This document shows positions 51,540-61,291 of a stretch of DNA of 64,000 nt, piece by piece. The DNA is from Candidatus Peribacteria bacterium (GTDB lineage Bacteria > Patescibacteriota > Gracilibacteria > Peribacterales > Peribacteraceae). The first letter of the stretch is position 1, and each line of letters begins with the position of its first letter. The stretch lies in contig JBEPVF010000001.1 of the NCBI GenBank assembly GCA_041691135.1, positions 224,001 through 288,000 of the forward strand, written 5' to 3'. Under the pieces are notes generated by a model that saw nothing but the letters and a program-made list of their open reading frames with translations, did no database searches and was not told the DNA's origin. Position numbers and translations under genes: made by a program.

Positions 51540-52115
51540 ATGACAAAGGAATCCGGTTTACCACCCACAGAATACCCACGCTCGGCTGATTGGGCCCTTG
51601 TAGAAGCCAAGATCGGATCCGAGATTGCCGGCTATCTACGGATGCTTTCGCCCAGATTACTAATAACTGACGTCTTTGATGACACAACTCAGTTTTGTTT
51701 CTACGGCCAAGTAGACAGGGATGCAATGGCTCTTCTCCTGAGCCAAAACGGACCGGAGGCATTGAAGGGATCAAAACCCCTTTCGCATGCCGCGCGATTA
51801 TTTTTACGAGAAGTACAAGAGGCCTTCGTCGTGATACGACAGGCAGAAGTGGTAGGCATAACCGAATTCTTCGTGCATAACAGGCCGGGCGATATTCCTA
51901 CCGTCGACTGGCAACAGGTGCCGCTACACATCAACATTTTTGTCGATACGCACATTCGACCGCAACTTGAAAAAGTCATGGGATTGCACGCCGTTGATCG
52001 TTGGCTGCAAGTCCCACGCGAAAAATGGAACGGCAAGAGTGCCATCGAACTTTTGCAGGATGATCGCGAGGAAGAGGTGTTCAGTGTCATCGATTATCTG
52101 ATCAGTGATTTCTAA
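51540..52115 (+). CDS. hypothetical protein with C-terminal MbcA/ParS/Xre antitoxin-like domain
   Basis: VDRWLQVPREKWNGKSAIELL...EEVFSVI. Confidence 0.6.
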   Translation: MTKESGLPPTEYPRSADWALVEAKIGSEIAGYLRMLSPRLLITDVFDDTTQFCFYGQVDRDAMALLLSQNGPEALKGSKPLSHAARLFLREVQEAFVVIRQAEVVGITEFFVHNRPGDIPTVDWQQVPLHINIFVDTHIRPQLEKVMGLHAVDRWLQVPREKWNGKSAIELLQDDREEEVFSVIDYLISDF

Positions 52116-52145
52116 ATTCATGATGACGAACAACTCCTTTATTTC

Positions 52146-52424
52146 TCAATTTATCCGAACTCTTTCACTCGGTAACATACGTCCTTCGAGTACCTCCAAT
52201 AGCAATGCAGAAACTGATACCTTCAATTGACGAATGGTCGACTGCTCTTGCCGATACAAATACAACATGTCTTCTATGGAAGAAGCGGTGGGTTCTACCG
52301 CTGCCGTAAGGAGCATATCGCGCGCAGTCTTGCAAATGCCGAAGATTTGCCCTGCCTCATTTTCCGCCTGAAGATTCTCATGCAATTTTTCCAGAGCAAA
52401 CCTTTGAAAATAATCCAGTGGCAT
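52146..52424 (-). CDS. hypothetical protein
   Basis: 92-aa helical ORF in gap. Confidence 0.5.
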   Translation of the reverse strand: MPLDYFQRFALEKLHENLQAENEAGQIFGICKTARDMLLTAAVEPTASSIEDMLYLYRQEQSTIRQLKVSVSALLLEVLEGRMLPSERVRIN

Positions 52425-52546
52425 GCGTGATAGCTTGTCTGTACCGTTTTTTTAGTCAGAGAAATGACTATTTGTTCAAGGTTTTTCATGCCCCATACGG
52501 AAAAACACGCATTTTGCACAATGGAGGTTAATGGTATTGTTTGTGT

Positions 52547-53710
52547 ATGCCCTCGAATGAATTGCTCACACGTGCCGTTTCGGATGTGACTCCCCGCAAG
52601 TTGGCGGAGGAGAAGATCAAATCCGGACAGCCGATGCGTCTATACCTGGGTATTGATCCGACCGGATCCAAGCTCCACCTGGGCCACTCAGTCCCATTGC
52701 GCAAGTTGAGGGCGTTTCAAGATGCCGGGCACCATGTGATTTTTTTGATCGGCAGTTTTACGGCGATGATCGGCGATCCGTCCGGACGCGACAAGCAGCG
52801 CGAGCCGCTCACCAGGGAAGATGTGATGAAAAACTTTCAGACGTACAAAGATCAAGCGTCCAAAATTCTGGATTTCAATAAAATTGAAGTGGTTGAAAAT
52901 CACACATGGCTGGAAAAATTGAAGTTCGACGACATCATCAAATTAGCCAGTAACTTTACAGTGCAGCAGATGCTGGAGCGCGATATGTTCGAGAAGCGAT
53001 TGGAGCAGGGCAATCCGATCGGATTGCATGAATTTTTCTACCCGCTGATGGTCGGTTACGATTCGGTGATGCTCGACGTGGATTGTGAACTCGGCGGCAA
53101 CGACCAGTACTTCAACATGCTCGCCGGTCGCACGTTGCAGCACGCATTCGGCAAGCGCGAAAAGTTCGTCCTCACCACCAAATTGATCGAAGGCACTGAC
53201 GGCCGCAAGATGAGTAAAACCTACGATAACTGCATCTGGATCGATGATTCGGCGACGGATATGTACGGCAAAACATTGTCGATCAAAGATGAACTGATCG
53301 TGCCATACATGGAATGCCTCACGGATATTCCGATGGAGGAAATCAAAAAAATCGAGAAGGCGATGGAGAAGGGGAGTAATCCCAAGGACTTCAAGATGCA
53401 ACTCGCTCGCGCAATCGTCGAATTTTACTACGACAAAGATGCGGCCAAAAAAGCGGAAGAAGAATTCGCAAAAATCTTCAAAGACAAAGGCGTGCCGGAT
53501 GATATGCCCGAGATCAAAGCGAAGAAGGGGAGCGGTCTGGTCGATCTGATGGTCACTAATAAACTCGCCCCGTCGAAAGCCGAAGCAAAGCGATTGATCG
53601 AACAAGGAGGCGTAAAGTTGAACGACGAAACAGTGGTTGCCATGGACGCGACTGCGAAGGAGGGGATTCTGAAAGTAGGGAAGAGAAAATTCGCGAAAAT
53701 AATTTTCTAA
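52547..53710 (+). CDS. tyrS: tyrosine--tRNA ligase
   Basis: GIDPTG..LHLGH, GGNDQ, KMSKT, C-terminal S4. Confidence 0.97.
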   Translation: MPSNELLTRAVSDVTPRKLAEEKIKSGQPMRLYLGIDPTGSKLHLGHSVPLRKLRAFQDAGHHVIFLIGSFTAMIGDPSGRDKQREPLTREDVMKNFQTYKDQASKILDFNKIEVVENHTWLEKLKFDDIIKLASNFTVQQMLERDMFEKRLEQGNPIGLHEFFYPLMVGYDSVMLDVDCELGGNDQYFNMLAGRTLQHAFGKREKFVLTTKLIEGTDGRKMSKTYDNCIWIDDSATDMYGKTLSIKDELIVPYMECLTDIPMEEIKKIEKAMEKGSNPKDFKMQLARAIVEFYYDKDAAKKAEEEFAKIFKDKGVPDDMPEIKAKKGSGLVDLMVTNKLAPSKAEAKRLIEQGGVKLNDETVVAMDATAKEGILKVGKRKFAKIIF

Positions 53711-53713
53711 CAA

Positions 53714-54175
53714 ATGAAAAAGGAGCAACTTGCCTCAATCGGCTTGTCGACGGTAATCAGTCTAATCAGCATAACCTTAGGTTGGTATTTGTCCGAACAA
53801 TCTTATAACAAACATTTTTTATTGGACCAGAAATCTCAGATCCTTCAGAAGCGTATTGAGCTGGTTGAAAGAACCACAAAAATTCTTTATCAAACAACTG
53901 GAATTGAAGATTTAGGAAATAAATATCTAACAAAAATTCACTTTGATCCTATAACAAACAAAATTTCATCTGATGATTTATTACTGTCTGAAAAGTTATC
54001 GAATTATTATGGAGACTATGTAAGTGTACTTGAATTAGATCAAATTTTTTTTGGGCCCGAAACAAAAAAATCTATAACTACTCTTTTGGCTGAAAAAGAA
54101 CCATTTTGGGCCAAAACAAAAGAAAAAAATGATGCTGTGATTGCAGCTATGACTAATGAATTATATGGGCAGTAA
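53714..54175 (+). CDS. AT-rich hypothetical protein with N-terminal TM
   Basis: 153-aa ORF 3 nt after tyrS. Confidence 0.65.
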   Translation: MKKEQLASIGLSTVISLISITLGWYLSEQSYNKHFLLDQKSQILQKRIELVERTTKILYQTTGIEDLGNKYLTKIHFDPITNKISSDDLLLSEKLSNYYGDYVSVLELDQIFFGPETKKSITTLLAEKEPFWAKTKEKNDAVIAAMTNELYGQ

Positions 54176-54186
54176 AAAAATTGAAT

Positions 54187-54465
54187 TTATTTCACCTCAA
54201 CACCCTTCCAAAACGCTACATACCCGGCAATCTCTTTGGCCGCTTCTTTTGGCTCAGCATAATACCAAGCTGCATCCTCGTTGCGCTCACCGTTCACTTC
54301 CACGGTGTAGTAACTGCAAAACCCTTTCCACGGACACGTCGTATGCGTGTCACTGGGCTTCATATATTCCATGTGCACCGATGACGGAGGAAAGTAGTGA
54401 TTTCCTTCGATTACAATCGTCTGATCGCTCTCGGCAAGAACGGTGTTGTTCCAAATGGCTTTCAT
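54187..54465 (-). CDS. DUF427 family protein
   Basis: EGNHYFPP, TCPWKG, AAWYY, YVAFW. Confidence 0.92.
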   Translation of the reverse strand: MKAIWNNTVLAESDQTIVIEGNHYFPPSSVHMEYMKPSDTHTTCPWKGFCSYYTVEVNGERNEDAAWYYAEPKEAAKEIAGYVAFWKGVEVK

Positions 54466-54671
54466 AAAGCAACTCTAGCATACCTTTCAGAGGGAAAACA
54501 TTTCCGCATTCCAGGCTCCTTCATCACAGTAGGACTGTGGACTCCACTGAGGATCATCGGAACGGAGGATGAAATGCGCGTACTCTCCATCCCAAAAATC
54601 CTTAATGAGAATGAGGCCCATGGTTCTCTTTATATATTGTCGCATGCATCGAAAAAGGGGCTGACGTAAGA

Positions 54672-55052
54672 GTGGGAGATATAAATATTCGGGACATTCA
54701 ACAAACAACCTCCATACTACTGAGGGAATTGCTCAGTGCTGAGTTACTATTTTCTTCAAATCCAGTAAGTACCGACTTAGATGCAGTACAAGAAGATCTC
54801 CTTACTACAATTGCCCATCATGCATCTTTGCAGTTCTTAGAATTGCTCACGCCGGAAGATCGAGAGCAACTGGAAGCCGAGTGTCAGATTGAACGCCAAG
54901 CCCAGCAAATGTTGGATTCTATTAATGAAGATGAACCAAGGAACCACGGAAAACCGCCTAAAAATTTCGATGCAGAAGCGGCAAATCTTATCATGCTCCG
55001 AGAGGACATTATAGATTTCATAAAGGAAAGAATCTGGAAAATTGCTAAATAG
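54672..55052 (+). CDS. hypothetical protein
   Basis: 126-aa acidic helical ORF, GTG start. Confidence 0.5.
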   Translation: MGDINIRDIQQTTSILLRELLSAELLFSSNPVSTDLDAVQEDLLTTIAHHASLQFLELLTPEDREQLEAECQIERQAQQMLDSINEDEPRNHGKPPKNFDAEAANLIMLREDIIDFIKERIWKIAK

Positions 55053-55065
55053 AAGTGCATTGTTT

Positions 55066-55335
55066 TTATCGCCTGCGCCTGCTCTTTGCACCGCGATGCA
55101 CCGGTACATTCTGCGTTTCCATGACATAACGAAGCATCGTAGCATCGATCTCTGTCGCATGATTGCTTTTATAGCGCAGAATGGCCATCAAACGAGATCG
55201 GATTCTTCTGATTACCAAAGTACGCTGAGTAGCTGTTATGGGAAGCAACAAGTTATTCTGTTTCAGGGCCTCAATGATCCTTTCTTCCGAAAGAGCAGCA
55301 ACCCTGATTTTTGCCTCTGCATGCGATAATCCCAT
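55066..55335 (-). CDS. hypothetical protein
   Basis: 89-aa basic ORF 2 nt after the xer stop. Confidence 0.4.
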   Translation of the reverse strand: MGLSHAEAKIRVAALSEERIIEALKQNNLLLPITATQRTLVIRRIRSRLMAILRYKSNHATEIDATMLRYVMETQNVPVHRGAKSRRRR

Positions 55336-55337
55336 AA

Positions 55338-56276
55338 TCAGTCAGCAGATTTGCGATGAAACTTCTTGTGCACTTCTTTGAGCTGCGTATTCGTCACGTG
55401 CGTGTAGATCTGTGTCGTAGAAAGATCCTTGTGTCCCAACATCTCCTGCACCGAGCGAATATCGGCTCCATTGCGCAATAAATCAGTCGCAAAAGAGTGA
55501 CGAAGCGTGTGCGGAGACGGATCGCTGACGATGCCGGCCTGCAACGCGTATTTTTTCACGATTTTGTAGATGCTGATACGTGACAGACGAAATTCTTCTC
55601 CCGGTGGCATCACATTCACCGCTTTCTGAATATTACGGATAAAGAGAGGGGACAGGGAATCGAGGCGTGCATTCAAATAGAGCTGCACCGACTTCACGGC
55701 TCCATCAGAGAGAAAAACAACTCGGAGCTTGTTGCGCTTCCCTCGCACGCTCATTTCCCTGGTATCGAAATTCAAATCTTTCCGATTGAGCATGCGCAGC
55801 TCTGTCAGACGCAGACCGGTTGAAAAAAATAATTCAAGGATCGCCGCGTCGCGCTTGCCTTCTTTGTCACTGGTATCCGGCGCCTTGAGTAAGCGCTCTA
55901 TTTCATCCCCGTACAGAACCTTTACCTTCCGTTCTTCTTCTTTAAACCGTGTGATGCGGTCGGGTGGGTAGACGTCCACCTCCTCTTCCTGAACTAAGTA
56001 GCGAATAAAGGCCCGCAGGACGGTTAAATGATGATTTTTAGTGCGAATCCCCAGCTCACCGTTGCGTTTGGTGCGAAATTCGTGAAGCGCCTGCTTATAA
56101 TGACGGACCGATGCCTTGGTGATATCAGAGAAGGTGAGCAGTTCGGACAATTTCAAAAAAAGATCGAGCGATTCATGGTAATTACGGATGGTCAGTGGTG
56201 ATTTATTTTCTTCGGCCTGGAGGTAGGAGAGGTAGCGGCCAACAGCCTTCGCGAGGGGAGAACGTTCGGAGGACAT
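55338..56276 (-). CDS. XerC/XerD-like tyrosine recombinase
   Basis: TGLRLTE, GKRNK, HTLRHSFAT, LGH, TTQIYTH. Confidence 0.95.
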   Translation of the reverse strand: MSSERSPLAKAVGRYLSYLQAEENKSPLTIRNYHESLDLFLKLSELLTFSDITKASVRHYKQALHEFRTKRNGELGIRTKNHHLTVLRAFIRYLVQEEEVDVYPPDRITRFKEEERKVKVLYGDEIERLLKAPDTSDKEGKRDAAILELFFSTGLRLTELRMLNRKDLNFDTREMSVRGKRNKLRVVFLSDGAVKSVQLYLNARLDSLSPLFIRNIQKAVNVMPPGEEFRLSRISIYKIVKKYALQAGIVSDPSPHTLRHSFATDLLRNGADIRSVQEMLGHKDLSTTQIYTHVTNTQLKEVHKKFHRKSAD

Positions 56277-56305
56277 ACGCGGAGTGTAGCAGATGACAAT
56301 ATTTT

Positions 56306-56333
56306 AGTTAACATAATGCAGTTTATGTTAACT
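56306..56333. other. dif-like Xer recombination site
   Basis: AGTTAACATAA-TGCAGT-TTATGTTAACT (11-6-11); arm differs by 1 nt from the E. coli XerD arm TTATGTTAAAT. Confidence 0.85.
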
Positions 56334-56401
56334 ATCATTCTAAGTATGATTATACATCTGTAGGCCCCTTTCTACAGGTTATTTGTCAAGCGAGTCCCCT
56401 G

Positions 56402-56423
56402 TTATCCACACCCCTGTGTATAG
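56402..56423. promoter_or_regulatory. pair of inverted DnaA boxes
   Basis: Perfect TTATCCACA (56402-56410) and CTATACACA on the minus strand (56415-56423). Confidence 0.55.
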
Positions 56424-56575
56424 ATTCGGAAAAGTTTACTTTCCAATCCTCTTCTGACACTAGACAAAAGATGATAATAATTTTTATTGATACAATATGG
56501 GAAAGCAGAGGGAAGTCCCCTCCTCTGGAGAAAAAGCCCAAATCAGCGGTTAGATAGCACTTTTTGCCACTGTAT

Positions 56576-57211
56576 TCAGGATTTCTCAAACAATCCGTAC
56601 CACAGAATCGCCAAAGCTTCTCGTAAGACGCTTTTTGCCTCAAAAGGCAGGGCGGCAACTTCTTTGGCTGGGAATGTCGGCAGTGTCCAACCCTGCTGCT
56701 TTGCCAAAAAGCCAATACGGGTCAAATGGTATCGGTCACTGATGGCGATCACGCTCGTGCAATTTCTGGTAAGCGGACGGGTATACAAAATATTTTCCTT
56801 GGTTGTGGTTGATTGGCTTTCCGCAACCACATCCTGGTGGGGAATATGACGCAAAATTGCATATTGCATCATAATTTGCGCTTCACTCCGCCGTTGCCTG
56901 TCGCCCTTTCCACCGCTCAGAAAAAGCTTGTGCACTTTTCCCTGCTTGTAGAGTTCCACCGCAGTCAGCATTCGACGTTGGATGCCGGGGCCGCTCTGAC
57001 TCTCCACGGCATGACCGGTCGAGTCGTACAGCGGATGGACTGCCGCACCGAACACAATGGCGCAGTCGGCAGGGAGCACCGCCGTACCCGAGAAACCGGC
57101 AACGACCAAGCCGACGACATACCCAAATACCACAACGGTGGCGACACAGATTCCGGAGACAAAAATGAGAACTCCTCGCCACCGCCGGTACACGGCGACC
57201 AGCCACTTCAT
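56576..57211 (-). CDS. YdcF/DUF218 (ElyC/SanA-like) protein
   Basis: AIVFGA, LSGG, SEA, ESQSTTTKEN, YHL.R, REAL. Confidence 0.88.
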   Translation of the reverse strand: MKWLVAVYRRWRGVLIFVSGICVATVVVFGYVVGLVVAGFSGTAVLPADCAIVFGAAVHPLYDSTGHAVESQSGPGIQRRMLTAVELYKQGKVHKLFLSGGKGDRQRRSEAQIMMQYAILRHIPHQDVVAESQSTTTKENILYTRPLTRNCTSVIAISDRYHLTRIGFLAKQQGWTLPTFPAKEVAALPFEAKSVLREALAILWYGLFEKS

Positions 57212-58806
57212 TCCTGCACGATCGAAATATTACTCGGAATCGTCGTGATCTTCCCAGTCCACGGCGGCCACAGCGCAATTTCTACCTTTTCGACCTCGGG
57301 CAGGTTGCGAATGATCTTCACTGCATCGGTGCGATGCAGGCCTACAATGAGTTCGCGTACTTTTTTTGCGAAATTCGCGCCGGTTGGAGTGAGCGGATCG
57401 AGCAGAAATTGTTCCGAGCCGGTAAGGTCGGCCGTACCTTTCACCCAGGTCAGATCGTCGGCAAAATTGATGATCGTGAACTTGAGCCGGTCGAGCGTCA
57501 CACTGTCATCGAGCAGAGCTTTGCCGGTCTCGATATGCGCACTCAAGTCGTTTCGCAACATACCGAGAACATCGTTGATATCGAAAGCGACAACTTTGTA
57601 ATCGAGAGCGCCTTCAACAGGCACGGATGTAACTGTCTGGCCCAGAAACTGCGTCGGCAGGACAAAATCGTGATAGTAGATATGCATCAGATCCTTGTCG
57701 TCGTCTTCGGTAAAGACTCTGAGGCTATGGCCGGGATGCGTGCGATTGTAGTCAGCGACCTGATCATCCACCATCTGACGGGCAGTCTGGAGCAGATCCT
57801 GTTCAAGTTTCTTGCGAGCGGTGTCGATGTCCTTCTGTTGCAGGACAAGCCTGGAAGAAGTGGTGCCCCCGGTCGCCGGTTGCTGGTTCTTGGCATAAAT
57901 AATGTCTTTCTGATCCGATCCCAACGCCGGAAAATACCATTGGGTTCCAGCCGGTACATTGCCGCGTGCGCCGATGATCTCGCCGTATTGATCGGTGTCT
58001 TCCGCAATCGCATTCACCATCGCTGTTCCACTGGCCGTCAGCACTGCGGAATTCTGCAGGCGAAAGACCAATCCCTGCGCATTCACCAGCCGACTGTCTT
58101 TGCGGATACTTACGGAATCGCGAGTTGTATTGATTATTTTCATCCTTACATGTGACGGCGTTCCGGTGAATTGCTGGGTGATCTGATCGAACGTGATCGT
58201 GCGTTTGGTGCTGACTTTGATGGGAATCAGGGGCGCATGACGTGCCAGAGGAGACACCTGCAATTGCGCGCCGCTCTGGGTCAGGTAAATATTAACCGTT
58301 TGATTGACCGAGTCTTGGCGGGGCCAGATACGTACCTCGGCCGATGGCAGCAGACGCAGCACAACGAACAGAAAGAGAAGAACACTGGTGCCGATAAGCA
58401 CCCAGATACGAAGCTTGGGAAGTGACAACAGGCCGATGGACTGAAGCCGCGTACGCAGTTGTTGGCTCCACAAGTGCGGCGAAAAAAGCCGTACTGCTTC
58501 GTCGAGTTGCGAATTATCCTTCAGAAGTTGGCGCACCGCCGATAACCTGTCTACCACTTCTACATTCTGCCGCCGGCATTCTTCGGCTATCTGCGGTTGT
58601 TTGGTTGCCACCATCAAACGGTCTTTGAGTGTGCCGCATTCGTAGAAGAACATTTTCCGATCTTTTTCGTGGGCCTGAAGGGACAAGTGATCCTGCGGAG
58701 TGAAAATCAGCAGTACATCGCCCACGCTTTTTTGAATGCGCTTGAGAAACGCCGACCATGGTTCCTCTTCTCGCCGAAACAGGACAGTGCGGGTCGGAGT
58801 GGCCAT
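57208..58806 (-). CDS. membrane-anchored baseplate-J-like protein (CPR type)
   Basis: TM, AED...G..GNV, ATGG, C-terminal LWPPW..KI..IP.NI. Confidence 0.65.
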   Translation of the reverse strand: MATPTRTVLFRREEEPWSAFLKRIQKSVGDVLLIFTPQDHLSLQAHEKDRKMFFYECGTLKDRLMVATKQPQIAEECRRQNVEVVDRLSAVRQLLKDNSQLDEAVRLFSPHLWSQQLRTRLQSIGLLSLPKLRIWVLIGTSVLLFLFVVLRLLPSAEVRIWPRQDSVNQTVNIYLTQSGAQLQVSPLARHAPLIPIKVSTKRTITFDQITQQFTGTPSHVRMKIINTTRDSVSIRKDSRLVNAQGLVFRLQNSAVLTASGTAMVNAIAEDTDQYGEIIGARGNVPAGTQWYFPALGSDQKDIIYAKNQQPATGGTTSSRLVLQQKDIDTARKKLEQDLLQTARQMVDDQVADYNRTHPGHSLRVFTEDDDKDLMHIYYHDFVLPTQFLGQTVTSVPVEGALDYKVVAFDINDVLGMLRNDLSAHIETGKALLDDSVTLDRLKFTIINFADDLTWVKGTADLTGSEQFLLDPLTPTGANFAKKVRELIVGLHRTDAVKIIRNLPEVEKVEIALWPPWTGKITTIPSNISIVQE

Positions 58807-58845
58807 GGAAAAAGTCTGAGGAGAGGAAGATCGCGGCAGAGAATA

Positions 58846-60039
58846 CTACGCGCGAAGGGCGACAAGAGCAGGAAGCTCCTCGCCGGCGATGAACTCGAGC
58901 ATCGCCCCGCCTCCGGTACTGACAAACGTGTAGGCATCCAGAGGATACTGATACCGCACGTGAAAATCGATCGTATCACCGCCGCCGATGATAGTCGTGG
59001 CGCCGCGCTGAGTGGCGCGCTGCAAAGCTTCGGCGATGCGCTTGGTGGCGTGCGAAAAGCGATTCACTTCATAGAAGCCCAATGGACCGTTCCACACAAT
59101 CGTCGCAGCTTTCTCAATCACACGACAATACCGATCGATCGTTACCTTGCCGATATCGAACATGCTCATGTCGCCCATAACGTCTTCGACCGGCAGATCG
59201 ATCTTCTCGGCTCCGTCCTCGGGACTTGTGGCAACCACTGCATCACGGGGAATATGAATCACCGCATGACCCTCCTGTTCGGACTCCAGCATAAACTCCT
59301 GCGCCTGTTCCACGAACTCCTGTTCGTACTTGGACGTTCCCACGTCGAAACCGCGAGCCGCGACGAACGTGTTCGCAATGCAACCGCCCAGCAGAATATC
59401 GTCTCCCCGCGACAGGAAACGCTGAATCACCGGTATCTTGGTTTCCATTTTGGAACCGCTGATGATGAGTGCCAGCGGGCGTGCAGGATCATCGATGATC
59501 CGCGAGAGGTTGGTGAGCTCTTTCTCGAGCTGCAAACCCGCGTATGCCGGTAGCAGATGCGCCAATGCCACCATACTGGCATGAGTGCGATGACAATTGG
59601 TGAATGCGTCGTTGACATAAACATCTCCCAACGCCGCCAGTTGTTTGGCAAAGCCTTCGTCGTTCTTTTCTTCACCCGGTTCGTAGCGCAGATTCTCCAG
59701 AAGCAAAACTTCTCCCGGCTTGAGTTTTTTTGCGGCCGCCTCGGCATCGGGACCCACTATGGCTTCGCTGAAGTGAACCGGCACTCCCAGAAGTCGTTCG
59801 AGTTCGGGAACAATCGGCGCCTGACTGAAAGCCGGATCGCGTTTTCCTTTGGGACGCCCCTGATGCGACAGCAGAATAAGCGCTCCTTCTTTCAAAATAC
59901 GCCGCATCGTCGGTACTATTGCCTCGATGCGCTCCGTTTCCATCACTTTTCCATTCTCGATCTTTACATCGAACCCCGCCCGCAACAGCACGCGCTTTCC
60001 CTTCATGTCGGCCTGATCCAGTGTGCGGTAGTTCGTCAT
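58846..60039 (-). CDS. pgk: phosphoglycerate kinase
   Basis: SHQGRP, LLENLR, NDAF, WNGPLG, GGGDT, STGGGA. Confidence 0.96.
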   Translation of the reverse strand: MTNYRTLDQADMKGKRVLLRAGFDVKIENGKVMETERIEAIVPTMRRILKEGALILLSHQGRPKGKRDPAFSQAPIVPELERLLGVPVHFSEAIVGPDAEAAAKKLKPGEVLLLENLRYEPGEEKNDEGFAKQLAALGDVYVNDAFTNCHRTHASMVALAHLLPAYAGLQLEKELTNLSRIIDDPARPLALIISGSKMETKIPVIQRFLSRGDDILLGGCIANTFVAARGFDVGTSKYEQEFVEQAQEFMLESEQEGHAVIHIPRDAVVATSPEDGAEKIDLPVEDVMGDMSMFDIGKVTIDRYCRVIEKAATIVWNGPLGFYEVNRFSHATKRIAEALQRATQRGATTIIGGGDTIDFHVRYQYPLDAYTFVSTGGGAMLEFIAGEELPALVALRA

Positions 60040-60161
60040 GTGTTCCTGATTGTAGAGAAAGGGTTGTATGTTTGGAATACCGCAACGGGAAGAAACCGAG
60101 GCAACCAATGGAATCGACGGTTCCCTCTTCCACTCTGCCGCCTCACCAGTATCATAGTTCC

Positions 60162-61253
60162 ATGTCACCCCTGCTCTTCATTCCGTTGTTGGCGCTTGCC
60201 TGCTCGGTCATTGGATACGCAGCAACGCTCAAAATTTTCCCCAGGCTGGGATTGGTTGATTTTCCAAACCGCTACGGACTCAGTCGCACACCTATTCCAT
60301 ATCCGGCCGGCATCGTGGCCGTCGTTGTTTTTCTCATCTTCTTCGGCATCGTAGAGCCTACGACGGAAAAGAAAATCGGCGTGATTATAGGAATCATTCT
60401 GCTGACGATATTCTCATTCATCGATGACCGCCGGCCGCTGCCCTCGTGGATACGCTTATTGGTACACATCGCGATTGCGTGTCTGATCTTTGCAACCGGT
60501 ACGCGCATCTATTCGCTCACCAATCCGTTGGCCGGGTCACTGCAAGTCGGCGGCCATTTTATACTGAATGATATTTTTCAACTCGATACGATCAAGATTC
60601 TGGTGCCGCACTTCGGATTACTTCCCGTTGCCAGCGGACTCTTCACGTTGCTGTGGCTCGGGATGACCATCAATGCTCTCAACTGGTTCGACGGCATCTC
60701 GGGCCAGGTGAGCCTGCTTTCGACCATCGGCTTCTTCACCATCGGCTTTTTGTCGCTGAGCGATCGGGTCAACGAACCGTCGTTGGCGCTCCTCGCCTTC
60801 CTGCTCGGCGCACTTGCCTTCGGTTCGCTCATGTTTGATTTTCCGCCGCCCAAGCTGCTGCTCGGCGATACGGGCGCCATGTTCTTCGGTCTGATGCTCG
60901 GCGTCCTCACTATCTATTCCGGAGGAAAAGTGGCAACCATGTTCCTCGTGCTTGGCGTTCCGCTGATTGATTCGGTACTCGTGGTGATCCGACGCCTTCT
61001 GAAAGGCAAATCCATCTTCCAGGGCAATACGCGCGATGAGCACCTCCATCATCGCCTGCTGCAGAAAGGCTGGACTCCTCGCCAGGTGCTCTGCCTCACC
61101 GCGGCCCTGGGAGCCAGCTTCGGCATCATTGCTCTGTTTTTGGATACCCTCTCCAAGTTTCTCGCCGCCGTTCTTCTTTTTCTGATCATGCTCCTGCTGT
61201 CGCAGTACTCCCGGCCGCGGCCGCAAGAATCTATTGACCCACGCCCGCATTAA
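60162..61253 (+). CDS. WecA/TagO-like polyprenyl-phosphate GlcNAc-1-P transferase
   Basis: DD, NALNWFDGISG, LGDTG, HLHHRL. Confidence 0.9.
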   Translation: MSPLLFIPLLALACSVIGYAATLKIFPRLGLVDFPNRYGLSRTPIPYPAGIVAVVVFLIFFGIVEPTTEKKIGVIIGIILLTIFSFIDDRRPLPSWIRLLVHIAIACLIFATGTRIYSLTNPLAGSLQVGGHFILNDIFQLDTIKILVPHFGLLPVASGLFTLLWLGMTINALNWFDGISGQVSLLSTIGFFTIGFLSLSDRVNEPSLALLAFLLGALAFGSLMFDFPPPKLLLGDTGAMFFGLMLGVLTIYSGGKVATMFLVLGVPLIDSVLVVIRRLLKGKSIFQGNTRDEHLHHRLLQKGWTPRQVLCLTAALGASFGIIALFLDTLSKFLAAVLLFLIMLLLSQYSRPRPQESIDPRPH

Positions 61254-61291
61254 TTTAGATTTGCTGTCTATTCCCTTTCCTCCCTTTATTT

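Noticed and set aside
55338-58806. Prophage (integrase plus baseplate J)
   Set aside because: The recombinase is Xer-like with a dif-like site, the baseplate-like gene follows pgk directly, and no capsid, terminase or tail genes are present
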